Shown piece by piece: positions 5,658 through 14,548 of a stretch of DNA of 14,548 nucleotides. The DNA lies in IMG/VR virus record IMGVR_UViG_2529293142_000010. One strand, 5' to 3'. Origin of the DNA: a virus (lineage: Duplodnaviria > Heunggongvirae > Uroviricota > Caudoviricetes). The translations under genes were made by a program, and so were the position numbers. Numbering within the stretch: the first letter of the stretch is position 1; every line of letters starts with the position of its first letter. Below the pieces are notes generated by a model. The model saw nothing but the letters and a program-made list of their open reading frames with translations, had not been told where the DNA came from and made no database searches.

Positions 5658-6058
5658 TTTCCCAGCGAATCGGCGACCACCCGCGCCACCAGATGAAGCA
5701 TGACCAGCAAGTCAATATCATCAAACATCAGTTCGCCATGGGTAAATACCGGCACCCATCCGTCCATATGACGCCGCGATACCACCGCAAGACAGGGATG
5801 AATAATCGCATCGGTGTCATCTTCGGTCAGGGAAGACAGTTCCTCAGCGATACGCGGGAGCATGGTTTCAAACACCGGTTTTAACTGCTCGAATTTCACG
5901 GTGTCGATTTTGCCATCAGCAGGCAAACGGGAGCGAATGCTCCCGAAATCTGACATCATTCCCGCCAGTACCGGCAGAAGTTTGCGGGTCACTTTCAGCT
6001 GGTCAAAAACGCTGAGTTTTGCCGTGCGATATTTCACACCTTTGATTTCGAATTCCAT
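5606..6058 (-). CDS. Tail assembly chaperone (G-like), 150 aa
   Basis: ORF track; located between the tube-like gene and the tape measure gene; followed by a long open -1 frame. Confidence 0.75.
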   Translation of the reverse strand: MEFEIKGVKYRTAKLSVFDQLKVTRKLLPVLAGMMSDFGSIRSRLPADGKIDTVKFEQLKPVFETMLPRIAEELSSLTEDDTDAIIHPCLAVVSRRHMDGWVPVFTHGELMFDDIDLLVMLHLVARVVADSLGNFLPTPLTSTTQSLQQG

Positions 6059-6061
6059 GTA

Positions 6062-6502
6062 TTAAAACTCCCCGAGAACCTGGTCAATCTTGCCGCAGTC
6101 AAACACCCACGGCATCGTATTACCGGTTTTAGCGTTGGCGTTATCCGGTTGTTTCTGGAACGCAACACTGCGTGCCGTGATGATGTCGCCGCTGACCTTG
6201 TTGCGGATCACGATAACGTTATTCCCCCATGTGGCAGAAGACTGGCTCTGTGCGTTATACGCCAGCGACAATTTTTTATTTGTCGGTGATGTCTTCAGAA
6301 GGTTAACGGTAATCGTCCCGCTTTTTTCTGCATGGAGGCTGTGCATTACTTCACCATCAGCACCGATGGTCATGGTGTTTTTAGGACCGCCCATCGCAAC
6401 CACAATCCCCTCTTCAGAACTTGCAGAACCGTACCCGAGGTCAATCGAACCGGTCGGCCCGGTCAGCGTCGCAGTGACATCCATAAAAGAATAGGTAGAC
6501 AT
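6062..6502 (-). CDS. Tail tube-like protein, 146 aa (resembles what I recall as the DUF3277 family)
   Basis: ORF track; ATG start; size and position between the sheath-like gene and the chaperone, matching the sheath-tube-chaperone-tape measure order of contractile-tail phages. Confidence 0.7.
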   Translation of the reverse strand: MSTYSFMDVTATLTGPTGSIDLGYGSASSEEGIVVAMGGPKNTMTIGADGEVMHSLHAEKSGTITVNLLKTSPTNKKLSLAYNAQSQSSATWGNNVIVIRNKVSGDIITARSVAFQKQPDNANAKTGNTMPWVFDCGKIDQVLGEF

Positions 6503-6512
6503 TCACTTCCCC

Positions 6513-7658
6513 TTAGCGAACAACGTTAATCTGTACGTCAGCGTAATGAACCGCGCCTGCAAGTTTTATTGCAGCCTGAATCACCGGAGCCTTACGGGCT
6601 TCACGTTCTGATTGTGCCTGTTCATCCAGCGGCTGGGCGTATACGTAATAACCTTTGGGCAGTGTGTCACCTGATGACAACTGACCAAGGTCGCCCCCGT
6701 TCCATACACCCGGAGCAATCAGTCCATTCTGAACGGCCTGATCCAGTGATTTTTCAACATTTGATAACAGTCGGGTAATACCGGCTTCAGTCTGGGGAAC
6801 TTTCGTGGTGCTGGTATAAAGCAGGTTATAGAGGTTGGTCTGCACATAATTCTGTAACCAGTCCAGGCCGTGGCGTTCATCAAAGAAATCGCCGTTAGCC
6901 ATCACTCCCTGCTGGAGGATAGCCGTATCATTCTGGTAGTACACGAATACATTGCAGTTTTTTGCATCAAGTGCCGATGCCTGGCTGACTGTCAGTGTTT
7001 CATACCCGACACCCGGCTCCTGCTTAAACTTGAGCGTAATCGCGGTATTACTGCCATTGAAATTAACCGTGAATGCCCGGCCAAATGCAGATAACGCAGC
7101 GTATTTATTACCCGATGAATACTGAATAAAACTGCGTGAATATCCGGCATTTTTCAGTTTTGATGCCAAATCATCGCTGGATGCAGTCTGCAGGCATTTC
7201 TCATCGCTTGTCGTAATCGCCAGAATACGGCTTACAGAAGAGGATTCGATCGCCGCAGCCACTTTCAGCCAGTCTGCATCCGGAATATCTTCATCGTCTG
7301 CAATCCCCAGCCCATACCATGAAGTATAATCGAGCATGGCATTCACAGCCTGCTCCAGCGTCTCAGGCGTGGCCTGTTCGCTGTCTCCCTTCGTTTTCAC
7401 CCAACGACCAACAAAAACCTCCTGAGGTTTCGGTGATTGAGAGAAAAACACCTGCGCAGCCTTATATTCTGGTGATTCCACGCCAAAATCTTTTCCAATA
7501 TCTTCCGCGGCAGAATAACGGCGAATGCGCTCACTTACCGGAATGATTGTGGACGGGCCGAGAATGAGTAATGCACCAAAATTTCGCCCTGATGCTGCAC
7601 GCGGCGACATGATCACATCAACATTAACAACGTTTGATACAGGCAAGCCCTGTGCCAT
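6513..7658 (-). CDS. Tail sheath-like or major tail protein, 381 aa (resembles what I recall as the DUF3383 family)
   Basis: ORF track; ATG start; size and position immediately upstream of the tube-like gene. Confidence 0.7.
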   Translation of the reverse strand: MAQGLPVSNVVNVDVIMSPRAASGRNFGALLILGPSTIIPVSERIRRYSAAEDIGKDFGVESPEYKAAQVFFSQSPKPQEVFVGRWVKTKGDSEQATPETLEQAVNAMLDYTSWYGLGIADDEDIPDADWLKVAAAIESSSVSRILAITTSDEKCLQTASSDDLASKLKNAGYSRSFIQYSSGNKYAALSAFGRAFTVNFNGSNTAITLKFKQEPGVGYETLTVSQASALDAKNCNVFVYYQNDTAILQQGVMANGDFFDERHGLDWLQNYVQTNLYNLLYTSTTKVPQTEAGITRLLSNVEKSLDQAVQNGLIAPGVWNGGDLGQLSSGDTLPKGYYVYAQPLDEQAQSEREARKAPVIQAAIKLAGAVHYADVQINVVR

Positions 7659-7661
7659 AGC

Positions 7662-8270
7662 TTAATCTCCGAAAAAGATGACTGGTGCTTCCACCAGCGA
7701 TTTAATACCGTACTCGCGCACAACCTTCCGGCGCAGACGCACCGTCATATCGTAGCGGCGGACCCATTGCTGATTAATAAGTTCAGGGAAGGGAGTCAGA
7801 CCTGTGTAATCGCCAAGAGACAGCCCCAGCGCATTCAGTGCTGCGTTGTTCTGCGGTACAGATATACCGTCACGAAACCGGGACGCATACACCATCCCCG
7901 CCGGACCATAAAACGAAGCCATACACTCAATCGTTTCATGCCGCCAGAGCTGAGAGCCATCATCGGTCTGTCTGGTGAATGCCGGACTGTCATCACCTGA
8001 CCATCCGATAACCCCAAACGCACACCAGTTCGTTTCAGCCGGTAGCAGTGGCGGCTGCTCTTTCTGCCAGCGCGGACGAACCATCCCGGCAGACAGACCG
8101 GAAACGTTACGCATCCACTGGCTTAACAGCCTGTCGAGCGCTTCGTCATAATCCGGATCGCCACTGGTTGGTATCAGCCATCCGCGCTCTGTGCTGGTGT
8201 TATTGCTCAACCGGAGTTCCCCCATCAAACGGCAGCAACTCACAATGCGCCTGAACGAATCCGACACCAT
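7662..8270 (-). CDS. Head-tail joining or tail terminator-like protein, about 202 aa
   Basis: ORF-track frame 7662..8288 starts at a TTG; the first ATG is at 8270 and another at 8225. No good Shine-Dalgarno at any of them, so the start is uncertain. Overlaps the 3' end of the upstream gene. Confidence 0.65.
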   Translation of the reverse strand: MVSDSFRRIVSCCRLMGELRLSNNTSTERGWLIPTSGDPDYDEALDRLLSQWMRNVSGLSAGMVRPRWQKEQPPLLPAETNWCAFGVIGWSGDDSPAFTRQTDDGSQLWRHETIECMASFYGPAGMVYASRFRDGISVPQNNAALNALGLSLGDYTGLTPFPELINQQWVRRYDMTVRLRRKVVREYGIKSLVEAPVIFFGD

Positions 8271-8589
8271 AAGCTGTATACGGGTCAACGAAGGTCACAC
8301 GGTAATCACGGCCCTGATACGTCACGATATCGGAATCACGGCCAGTCTGTCCCTGCGTCAGTCGCTCAGTCGTCACAATCAGAATTGCACCACTGATTAC
8401 CTGCCCTGCCTGCATACGGCGGTTTTCCAGAGAGCGATCAACAGTTACGACTCCGGCAAACTGCTTTTTAACTTCACTGTCGCTGCCGATCCCGTCCTCA
8501 TCCACCGTTTGCACTCGGCGTGTTACCCACAAATTGAAGTCGCAAAAATCGGGGTCAAAAAGCACATCTGTTACATCAAGAGTCGGCAT
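8200..8589 (-). CDS. Head-tail connector or tail completion-like protein, 129 aa
   Basis: ORF track; ATG start; overlaps the upstream gene stop by 14 nt. Confidence 0.7.
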   Translation of the reverse strand: MPTLDVTDVLFDPDFCDFNLWVTRRVQTVDEDGIGSDSEVKKQFAGVVTVDRSLENRRMQAGQVISGAILIVTTERLTQGQTGRDSDIVTYQGRDYRVTFVDPYTAYGVGFVQAHCELLPFDGGTPVEQ

Positions 8590-9130
8590 CTTTATCCCTC
8601 ACAACATGGGTAATGGCTCTGCGATATTGCCCGGTGTCAATTAATGGTTTCGCCAGATCGGTTCCCGGAGATTCGCCAGCAGCACGCCGGGCAAGTTCCA
8701 GTGTTGCCCCCTTGCGCCCCCGACGAGCCCGGGCTTCAACAGTGCTGTCAGCAAGCGGCGTAAAGCCGGTAATGGTCATGTAACGCCTGACGCCATTAGC
8801 GGCCAGCGTTCCGGCACGGTTGAGTGCGCGTTCTGCTCCCGCAGCATTACCATCAAGTGCAGCCTGCGCCGCGGCTTTGAGCTGCGGCACCGTCTGCTCT
8901 TCTGCCGATTTAACGCCGGGGACCAGGTGAGGTCGTGGCGGGATGTTCTGCTCTGGTGAGCCGTATTCGTTGAGGTAACCGATGCCCGCATTACCAAACG
9001 GAACATCATCCCGCCCGCTGTCTTCCGAAGGGATGCCGACCAGCACATCTTTTTTGGTTAACGACCTGAGCGCATCCAGAATGGCCTTAGCGTTATCCAC
9101 CCTCGTTGTTACACCGCTTTTGAAACTCAT
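8576..9130 (-). CDS. Phage structural or head-tail joining protein, 184 aa
   Basis: ORF track; ATG start; 4-nt overlap with the upstream gene. Confidence 0.7.
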   Translation of the reverse strand: MSFKSGVTTRVDNAKAILDALRSLTKKDVLVGIPSEDSGRDDVPFGNAGIGYLNEYGSPEQNIPPRPHLVPGVKSAEEQTVPQLKAAAQAALDGNAAGAERALNRAGTLAANGVRRYMTITGFTPLADSTVEARARRGRKGATLELARRAAGESPGTDLAKPLIDTGQYRRAITHVVRDKDADS

Positions 9131-9534
9131 AGCTGGCGACCGCCTGCACCGAACATCGTGATCAACTGATAAAATTCAGCGCCATATCGGGTGTTATTCC
9201 AGAAGCCTGCATCAGGATTCAGCGTCGCGCTGATGTCATAACTGACACTTACCTTGTCAACGGACTTTGAGGACTGAACACCATTGGTTGAGCCGCCAGG
9301 GCCACCAGCCAGCATCGCCCTGCTGTCAGCCGCCCAGAGCGTCATGTAGTGCGCAACGAACAATCCGGCAAAGTACGGAAACAACTTTTTGCCGGTGACG
9401 TTTTCGCTCAGCAGTTCATCTGCCAGATTCAGACGAAACTGGATTTGCGCTTCGGGATATTTGGCAGGGTCAGCAAACTGCGGGAAGTCGCGGCGAAAAT
9501 CACTTACCGCTGGCAGACTTTGATTCTTTGGCAT
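9127..9534 (-). CDS. Head-tail adaptor-like protein, 135 aa (possibly DUF4054-like)
   Basis: ORF track; ATG start; position after the capsid gene. Confidence 0.65.
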   Translation of the reverse strand: MPKNQSLPAVSDFRRDFPQFADPAKYPEAQIQFRLNLADELLSENVTGKKLFPYFAGLFVAHYMTLWAADSRAMLAGGPGGSTNGVQSSKSVDKVSVSYDISATLNPDAGFWNNTRYGAEFYQLITMFGAGGRQL

Positions 9535-9721
9535 TTTTTACCTCGTTACGCGCGTCTGTGGCTTTGCCAACGGATACTTCCGCGTGCGCACGAGTGAACC
9601 AGTGCGTGGCAACGTCTTCCTCCACAGCATGACGGCCTTTAACAAACTCGCGCCGTGAACCGTCGGGAAGCGTGAGCACAAACGGGGTATGTACGTGTAT
9701 TACTGCATTATTTTTTGCCAT
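9500..9721 (-). CDS. Small hypothetical phage protein, 73 aa, Lys-rich C-terminus
   Basis: ORF track; ATG start; lies between the capsid and adaptor genes; 35-nt overlap with the downstream gene start. Confidence 0.5.
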   Translation of the reverse strand: MAKNNAVIHVHTPFVLTLPDGSRREFVKGRHAVEEDVATHWFTRAHAEVSVGKATDARNEVKNAKESKSASGK

Positions 9722-9762
9722 CGGGTCATCCTTAATGGCCCCGCCAGGGGGCCATATGGCTG

Positions 9763-10704
9763 TTAAATGCCATCAACGTACGAAATGGTTTCTTTGTACA
9801 CTGGCTCGACTGCACCCAGCTTGCCGTAGTAAGTGACGATCTGATACAGACCGCGATACTGCACCGGCACGCTCTGAAGCGGAACCAGCGGGTAGCGGAC
9901 GTATTTTTTATCGTTGGTGTACGCAACCATGCGATCCTTATTCCCCACACCACGGCCTTTCAGCCATTTAACCGCGCGGATATTCAGCGGAACACCGTTC
10001 TGGTGATAGCTGATGGTGTTGGTCTGAAGGTACGTCAACAGGGACTGGTTACCCGCAGATGAAACGATGATGCTGGACAACAGAGCAAACTGCTCAGGCG
10101 GGATCAGCAAATCACGCGGAACCACAGAGTAACCGGAAGCGGCCCACGCATCAGACAGCACCTGGTTAATGCTTGCGCGGATTTCGTCCGGTGTTGAGGT
10201 TGCCCACGTTTTGGCAGCGTTGTTGACAGGCACACCGTCCAGGGTAACAAGACCTTTCAGGTTTAATGCGGAATCGCCAACATATACCTGTTCATCGTTA
10301 TCCATCTGCCATTTCAGTTGCATACCGTCATACTTCTGCGTATCAATCGGGCGGCCGACCTGCTGAGCAGCCTGCAATTCTATGACCGTCCAGCCAAGTT
10401 CCATCCCCCACAGGTTCAGCGGGTTACCGGATTTGCCGATATCCACGTTCACGCCAGCAATAGCGGTTGAGTCTTTGCCTACCCAGTTTTTGCCATTCGG
10501 ATTTGCACCAGTACCCGCAGCGGCGAAGCTGGTATTCGTCCAGCTGGAAATGTCATCTGCGATGGAGACATCTTCACGCAGTTGGATATCGCGGGTCCAG
10601 GTGTACCCCACCAGTGGCAGGTTCAGCGTCTGGTCGAGTCGCTCCAGCTCCCCGATGAGAAAGGCACCAGAGCTGTCAACGGTTGCCTGATCAAAAGTAA
10701 TCAT
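9763..10704 (-). CDS. Major capsid protein, 313 aa
   Basis: ORF track; ATG preceded by AAGGA 9 nt upstream; the longest head-module ORF after portal and MuF, directly downstream of a decoration-like gene. Confidence 0.75.
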   Translation of the reverse strand: MITFDQATVDSSGAFLIGELERLDQTLNLPLVGYTWTRDIQLREDVSIADDISSWTNTSFAAAGTGANPNGKNWVGKDSTAIAGVNVDIGKSGNPLNLWGMELGWTVIELQAAQQVGRPIDTQKYDGMQLKWQMDNDEQVYVGDSALNLKGLVTLDGVPVNNAAKTWATSTPDEIRASINQVLSDAWAASGYSVVPRDLLIPPEQFALLSSIIVSSAGNQSLLTYLQTNTISYHQNGVPLNIRAVKWLKGRGVGNKDRMVAYTNDKKYVRYPLVPLQSVPVQYRGLYQIVTYYGKLGAVEPVYKETISYVDGI

Positions 10705-10715
10705 TCGTCTGTTCC

Positions 10716-11222
10716 TTAAATCTTCCAGGAAATTTCTGCATTGCCGTCAGCATCACCGGCACCTGTGAATTCAGCGTTGGTCAGCACCACGTTTTTGCCA
10801 CTGACTGACGTGGCCATGAATCCACCCAGCGGCACTTTGATGGATTCATCAGTGGAGACGACAACGTATACCGGGTCGCCTTTTTTGATGGTGCTGGCAT
10901 CAAAATCAGAACCGAGATTAACGGTCACGTAGCCACGCTTCATTGCGTCGCCCGGGAAGTTCTTGCCACTCCCCACCTGGCGAACCATGTCCGGCTGCGA
11001 AGTGGTCGGATAAGGGCGCACATAGATCCCCTTCACCTTGTCTGCGGTATCACCATCTGCCAGCGGCACGAAAAAACCGTCATCATCGTATTTACCAGCC
11101 AGCCCATAGGCAGCAAAGGCGTTATCGGATTTAAGGACCACCGGTTCGACGGTTAAGTCCTGCGGGCGAGAGACAGCCCCGGCAATGCCAACAGGCATCC
11201 GGTACAGAAATACATTATTCAT
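10716..11222 (-). CDS. Head decoration or structural protein, 168 aa (possibly DUF2190-like)
   Basis: ORF track; ATG start; Gly/Asp/Val-rich; position immediately upstream of the major capsid gene. Confidence 0.65.
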   Translation of the reverse strand: MNNVFLYRMPVGIAGAVSRPQDLTVEPVVLKSDNAFAAYGLAGKYDDDGFFVPLADGDTADKVKGIYVRPYPTTSQPDMVRQVGSGKNFPGDAMKRGYVTVNLGSDFDASTIKKGDPVYVVVSTDESIKVPLGGFMATSVSGKNVVLTNAEFTGAGDADGNAEISWKI

Positions 11223-11224
11223 TT

Positions 11225-11482
11225 TTACCCTTTACGGTTTGCCCAGAATTCGGCGTTTTGTTTGTTCAGGGAAGCGATACTGGTCATGCCCATGTTTGGG
11301 CGCTGTGCATCGCCGGTGGTGGCGCGGGTGTTTCGCCCTTTGGCAATCTCAGACACGGCATTAAACGCCATGTCGACCGATTGTTTCGGTAATTTGCGGA
11401 TATCCGCATCACCGACTATCTGGCGAACCAGCGTTTTGTCAGCAGAAGCCAGAACCTCACGTTTGAACGCGGTCGGTTTCAT
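11225..11482 (-). CDS. 85-aa ORF that is probably the C-terminal part of the upstream scaffold/protease-like gene rather than an independent gene
   Basis: ORF track. Its frame stays open, with no start codon, for a further 90 codons upstream to 11752, encoding an acidic low-complexity stretch ([49 protein letters not shown]...) and overlapping the 3' end of the 11650..12444 ORF. Confidence 0.5.
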   Translation of the reverse strand: MKPTAFKREVLASADKTLVRQIVGDADIRKLPKQSVDMAFNAVSEIAKGRNTRATTGDAQRPNMGMTSIASLNKQNAEFWANRKG

Positions 11483-11649
11483 CTTACGGCTCAGATCAAT
11501 ACCCGGAACAATAACTTCGGCACGCCAGGCTGAGTCACCAGTAATCGTGGTTTCCTCTTCATCGTCCTCGCCGTCACCGGTCGGATTATCGTCAGGCTTA
11601 TTATCGTTATCGCCCGTGGCATTTCCTTCCAGCTTAGCCAGCAGGGCTT

Positions 11650-12444
11650 TCAGTAATGTTTTGAGGTCATCATCACTGTCGCCGGTTGGGCCTCCCCCAT
11701 CTCTGGTGCTTTGTCCGGTAGTGGTTGCTGCGGGGACAGGTTGATATTGAGATTAACGCCCTGCGGCAAATCCCCCTCATCTCCTGTAACCGATGCGGGA
11801 GCCGACTCCACCAGTTCGTTCATGGTGTCGGCATCTCCTGTCTTGATGGCCGCACGCATGCGGTTCCACCAGTTTTTCTTTTGATTTGCCATTGTGTCTC
11901 TGTCTCCAATTGCACAACGATTTCCGGCTCTGCCTTTAGGGACAAGAGCCACATGGTTTCCGGTAATATCGACCTGCTCAGCTTTACCTGGCTCGGTCTG
12001 CTCGTACTCCGCGTCATAGCCGCACGACACTTCGCGCAGGCCATCTTCGATAAGCTGAATGGCGTTTTCGTCTTTGACGATAAGGTCAGCCAGCATCAAA
12101 TCAGACTGCTCACCCGTCCCGCGCCGGACATTCTGGAGGTGCCCGACAGCAAGCTCTTTCCAGTTCTCGGGATTTACCAGCCGCACATTCCCGTTTTCAT
12201 CTTCAGGATGCAGAATCGTGATGCTCATCCCTTCGAATGAGGCAAGCGTGGCCGGATGGAATACCTGCTCAGGAGAACGCGTGACGACTATTTCACCGAA
12301 CTTATCGGGTTTCAGTTTTGGCAGGTCATCAGCACCATAGAGCTGCTTACCTGTTCGTCCTATCGGCACGTCTTTGCACAGCAACGAGCCGTCAGCCAGC
12401 TGATAGCGGGTTTCCCCCAGCCGGGTATTGAAAAAATATTTCAT
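11650..12444 (-). CDS. Scaffold/protease-like head protein, 264 aa as written (DUF2213-like); probably truncated by a frameshift
   Basis: ORF track; ATG start with AGGT upstream; position after the MuF-like gene. A run of five C on the plus strand at 11694-11698 (GGGGG on the coding strand) is where a 1-nt length change would join this frame to the 85-aa ORF frame, giving about 400 aa. Confidence 0.7.
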   Translation of the reverse strand: MKYFFNTRLGETRYQLADGSLLCKDVPIGRTGKQLYGADDLPKLKPDKFGEIVVTRSPEQVFHPATLASFEGMSITILHPEDENGNVRLVNPENWKELAVGHLQNVRRGTGEQSDLMLADLIVKDENAIQLIEDGLREVSCGYDAEYEQTEPGKAEQVDITGNHVALVPKGRAGNRCAIGDRDTMANQKKNWWNRMRAAIKTGDADTMNELVESAPASVTGDEGDLPQGVNLNINLSPQQPLPDKAPEMGEAQPATVMMTSKHY

Positions 12445-12458
12445 GTGTTACCTGCGAT

Positions 12459-13232
12459 TCAGGCGGGATAAGAATGGGAGGTGGGAAAAACGATTTCTTT
12501 ATAACAGCGACAATTCGGGAGCTCGCCAGCGTGACCGGTCATGCCATCAAGCGTTGGAGGTTTGCCCCATTCGACAAATTTACCTTCCATTTCCCGATGA
12601 GAATGCCTGACGTCACCATCTTCGGCTGTACGCCAGATATAACCATTCGAACCAATTGCCAGCGCACGCGCCTGATCCAGCGCGCCGGTTGCACGTCCAA
12701 GTTCAGTACGGGCAATCAGGTCAGCTCTGGACTTTGCTATATCACCCGATGCGGCTATTTCTTTAGCAAAATGTTCCGCTCTCCCACCGGTCACAACAGC
12801 TTCAATCGCCCGATTCTGGATGTCGTACACCCTGTCAGCCGCCTCGAGGGGTAGCGATTTAATGTACTTAACCTGTTCAGCAACGATGGATTTCATCACC
12901 TGCCCTGGCGGGGCACTGTTTACCAGATTGCGTAGCTCACGGCTGATGGTTTTGCTGTGTTTACGCCACTGCTCATCATTCTTGCGCACAATATCGGCGG
13001 TAAAGTTTTCCGCGACCTTTGTCGCCCAGGGGGTGATGATTTCACTGTAGCGTTCCAGCGCCTCAATAATTTCCGTGATACTGTCATTTGAACCATCGTA
13101 GTGACCATTTACGATGTCCCCTACCGCCCGCGCTATCCTGCGTAGGCTGGTTCGATACCGGATTTCCGCCTGACGGTTCCTGCGGTTCGTCATCAGGTTC
13201 GCCGATGCCGGGCGGCGCTTCATCTTCGGCAT
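12459..13232 (-). CDS. Phage head morphogenesis protein, MuF / SPP1 gp7-like, 257 aa
   Basis: ORF track; ATG at 13232 preceded by GAGGA; position directly after the portal gene; overlaps the portal 3' end by 149 nt in another frame. Confidence 0.8.
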   Translation of the reverse strand: MPKMKRRPASANLMTNRRNRQAEIRYRTSLRRIARAVGDIVNGHYDGSNDSITEIIEALERYSEIITPWATKVAENFTADIVRKNDEQWRKHSKTISRELRNLVNSAPPGQVMKSIVAEQVKYIKSLPLEAADRVYDIQNRAIEAVVTGGRAEHFAKEIAASGDIAKSRADLIARTELGRATGALDQARALAIGSNGYIWRTAEDGDVRHSHREMEGKFVEWGKPPTLDGMTGHAGELPNCRCYKEIVFPTSHSYPA

Positions 13233-14469
13233 TCTCGATGTCCTCGTCGGTAATGGATGCCCCGATGCCGGTTACGTCAGAATTTTCTCGCAAATCAGTC
13301 ATAGCGGCCTTCAGTGTCATCAGACCATCACCCAGCGCTGTACTGATTGCGTTGGTAGTGTTTAACGCCACCGTTGAGCGATCGACATCAGACATTTGCC
13401 AGAGCGGGTTAAACTCAAACGTGAAATCGTCCGGCAGCGGCTTGCCAAGCTCCGAACGATGCATGATGTCCAGTATCCGCCGCACCGGAAGACGTAAACG
13501 CCTCTCCTGCAACGAACTGATGCGGTCGTAATAGTTGGCAAGGTCTGCATCACCGGTAGAAAATCCTTTCGGGGACTGTCCGAACAACCGCACCAGTGGG
13601 ATACCAACAGCGCCACTAATCTGTTCTGCAAACTGTGATAGGATGTCATCCAGACCACTGAAGCTGTACTGATGCGTTTCAAACTTATCCCGCGAGTCCA
13701 TGAGCGTCATGCCTTCATTGCTCTGGAACTGTCGAATCAGGTCGATATTCTTCAGCAACGCTTCATACGCAGGACCACCAAGTGCGATAAGCTCGCGTAG
13801 CTTCTCCACGCTGTAGGTACGCAAATGCGCTTTGTAGACCAGCTGCGCCGCGCCGACAGTAGCGCTGTCGAACGCGGTAAGACGATCCCAGATACGCTCT
13901 ACAACCGACATTCCCCATTCGTTCTCGGTCATCTTCTGCTGAAATGGCAGCGTGACGCCATCAAAGCGAATCAGTCGACTGTGATGAATGCGCCAGGCAG
14001 GAATTCCCGTTGCTGTGGTCACCACATCGTAAAACTCAGGTTTACCCAGGTCCGGCCCCATATCTTTAATGCGGCGGGTCAGTACCGGGTCAATCATCCA
14101 GCGGTCGAGCGGGAGAATCCCCTTAAACTTGCCCTTACCGATGGTTTCGGGTCGCAGCGGGGTCATTGGTGCCTGCCCCTCAATCATGATGAAACCCACC
14201 GCGCCGCCGTAGAGACGCGACCATTTCAGCACGTCATTCAGCGCATCCCAGATTTGCAACTCATCCAGTTGTGATTCGAGAATGCCACGATCTTTTGCAT
14301 CAATTTCCGAAGTGATGCGAATGCCTTTGCGGGTCATATCATCCGGGATAGCATCGACTGCTTCGCCGATGATCCAGGATGAACGATAGGACCATTCCAC
14401 CAGCATGCGGTTACGACTGGTGAAATTAGCCCGGTAGGTGGATGCTGAGTGCTGGTTAGGTGTCTGCAT
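13084..14469 (-). CDS. Phage portal protein, 461 aa, with an acidic C-terminal tail
   Basis: ORF track; ATG start; first large gene of the head module; typical portal size; Asp/Glu-rich disordered C-terminus. Confidence 0.8.
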   Translation of the reverse strand: MQTPNQHSASTYRANFTSRNRMLVEWSYRSSWIIGEAVDAIPDDMTRKGIRITSEIDAKDRGILESQLDELQIWDALNDVLKWSRLYGGAVGFIMIEGQAPMTPLRPETIGKGKFKGILPLDRWMIDPVLTRRIKDMGPDLGKPEFYDVVTTATGIPAWRIHHSRLIRFDGVTLPFQQKMTENEWGMSVVERIWDRLTAFDSATVGAAQLVYKAHLRTYSVEKLRELIALGGPAYEALLKNIDLIRQFQSNEGMTLMDSRDKFETHQYSFSGLDDILSQFAEQISGAVGIPLVRLFGQSPKGFSTGDADLANYYDRISSLQERRLRLPVRRILDIMHRSELGKPLPDDFTFEFNPLWQMSDVDRSTVALNTTNAISTALGDGLMTLKAAMTDLRENSDVTGIGASITDEDIENAEDEAPPGIGEPDDEPQEPSGGNPVSNQPTQDSAGGRGHRKWSLRWFK

Positions 14470-14500
14470 CCCTACGCGGGCAATAAAATTCTCATAACCA

Positions 14501-14548
14501 TCAGCTGTGGCCTGCGCAGTTCGCCGCAGGACTCGTTTGTTTCGTGCC
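14501..14548 (-). CDS. 3' end of the upstream gene, presumably terminase large subunit (only the last 15 codons are in the window)
   Basis: A minus-strand frame is open from the window edge to TGA at 14503-14501 with common codons (...GTKQTSPAANCAGHS). The identity is inferred only from the usual terminase-portal order. Confidence 0.3.
   Translation of the reverse strand, partial: GTKQTSPAANCAGHS

Noticed and set aside
8776-9953. Minus-strand ORFs 8776..9048 and 9732..9953 overlapping structural genes in alternative frames
   Set aside because: Each is fully or largely embedded in a larger same-strand gene in another frame; translations are W/C/R-rich; no independent start context.
1260-13531. 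Numerous plus-strand ORFs in the ORF track (for example 2571..3212, 4479..4982, 4718..5227, 11262..11744, 11725..12240, 13088..13531)
   Set aside because: All lie antisense to longer minus-strand genes, several start at TTG or GTG, and their translations are Cys/Pro/Ser/Arg-rich low-complexity strings typical of the reverse strand of real genes.
14470-14548. Portal reading frame remains open upstream of its ATG to the window edge
   Set aside because: That stretch uses several rare CGA codons, whereas the other minus-strand frame, ending at 14501, has common codons, so it is more likely the 3' end of the upstream gene than an N-terminal portal extension.
1-14548. Search for tRNA, rRNA, CRISPR repeats or tandem direct repeats
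   Set aside because: No regularly spaced direct repeats or tRNA-like cloverleaf segments were noticed by eye; the window is densely protein-coding. The absence is not proven without tRNAscan or a repeat finder.

Overview
The window is almost entirely minus-strand coding and reads as the late (structural) operon of a tailed prophage. From high to low coordinates: a possible terminase 3' end at the window edge, portal, MuF-like head morphogenesis protein, a scaffold/protease-like gene that appears split by a frameshift, decoration-like protein, major capsid protein, head-tail joining proteins, a sheath-like protein, a tube-like protein, a tail assembly chaperone with a -1 frameshift extension, and the tape measure protein. 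Downstream of the tape measure is a chain of small, translationally coupled tail genes, one of them frameshifted, with no large baseplate or fibre gene. At the 3' end of the operon sits a strongly AT-rich three-gene cassette (secreted protein, three-TM membrane protein, small acidic protein) closed by an intrinsic terminator; this is my best candidate for an undescribed accessory system, probably superinfection exclusion or defence. Immediately beyond the terminator a further gene start is cut off after about 32 codons by the right end of an IS66-family insertion sequence (positions 1 to about 239). I saw no tRNA, rRNA or CRISPR array. All family names are from memory of protein families, not from searches. 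Coordinates for features I derived by hand may be off by a base or two; ORF-track coordinates are used wherever available.
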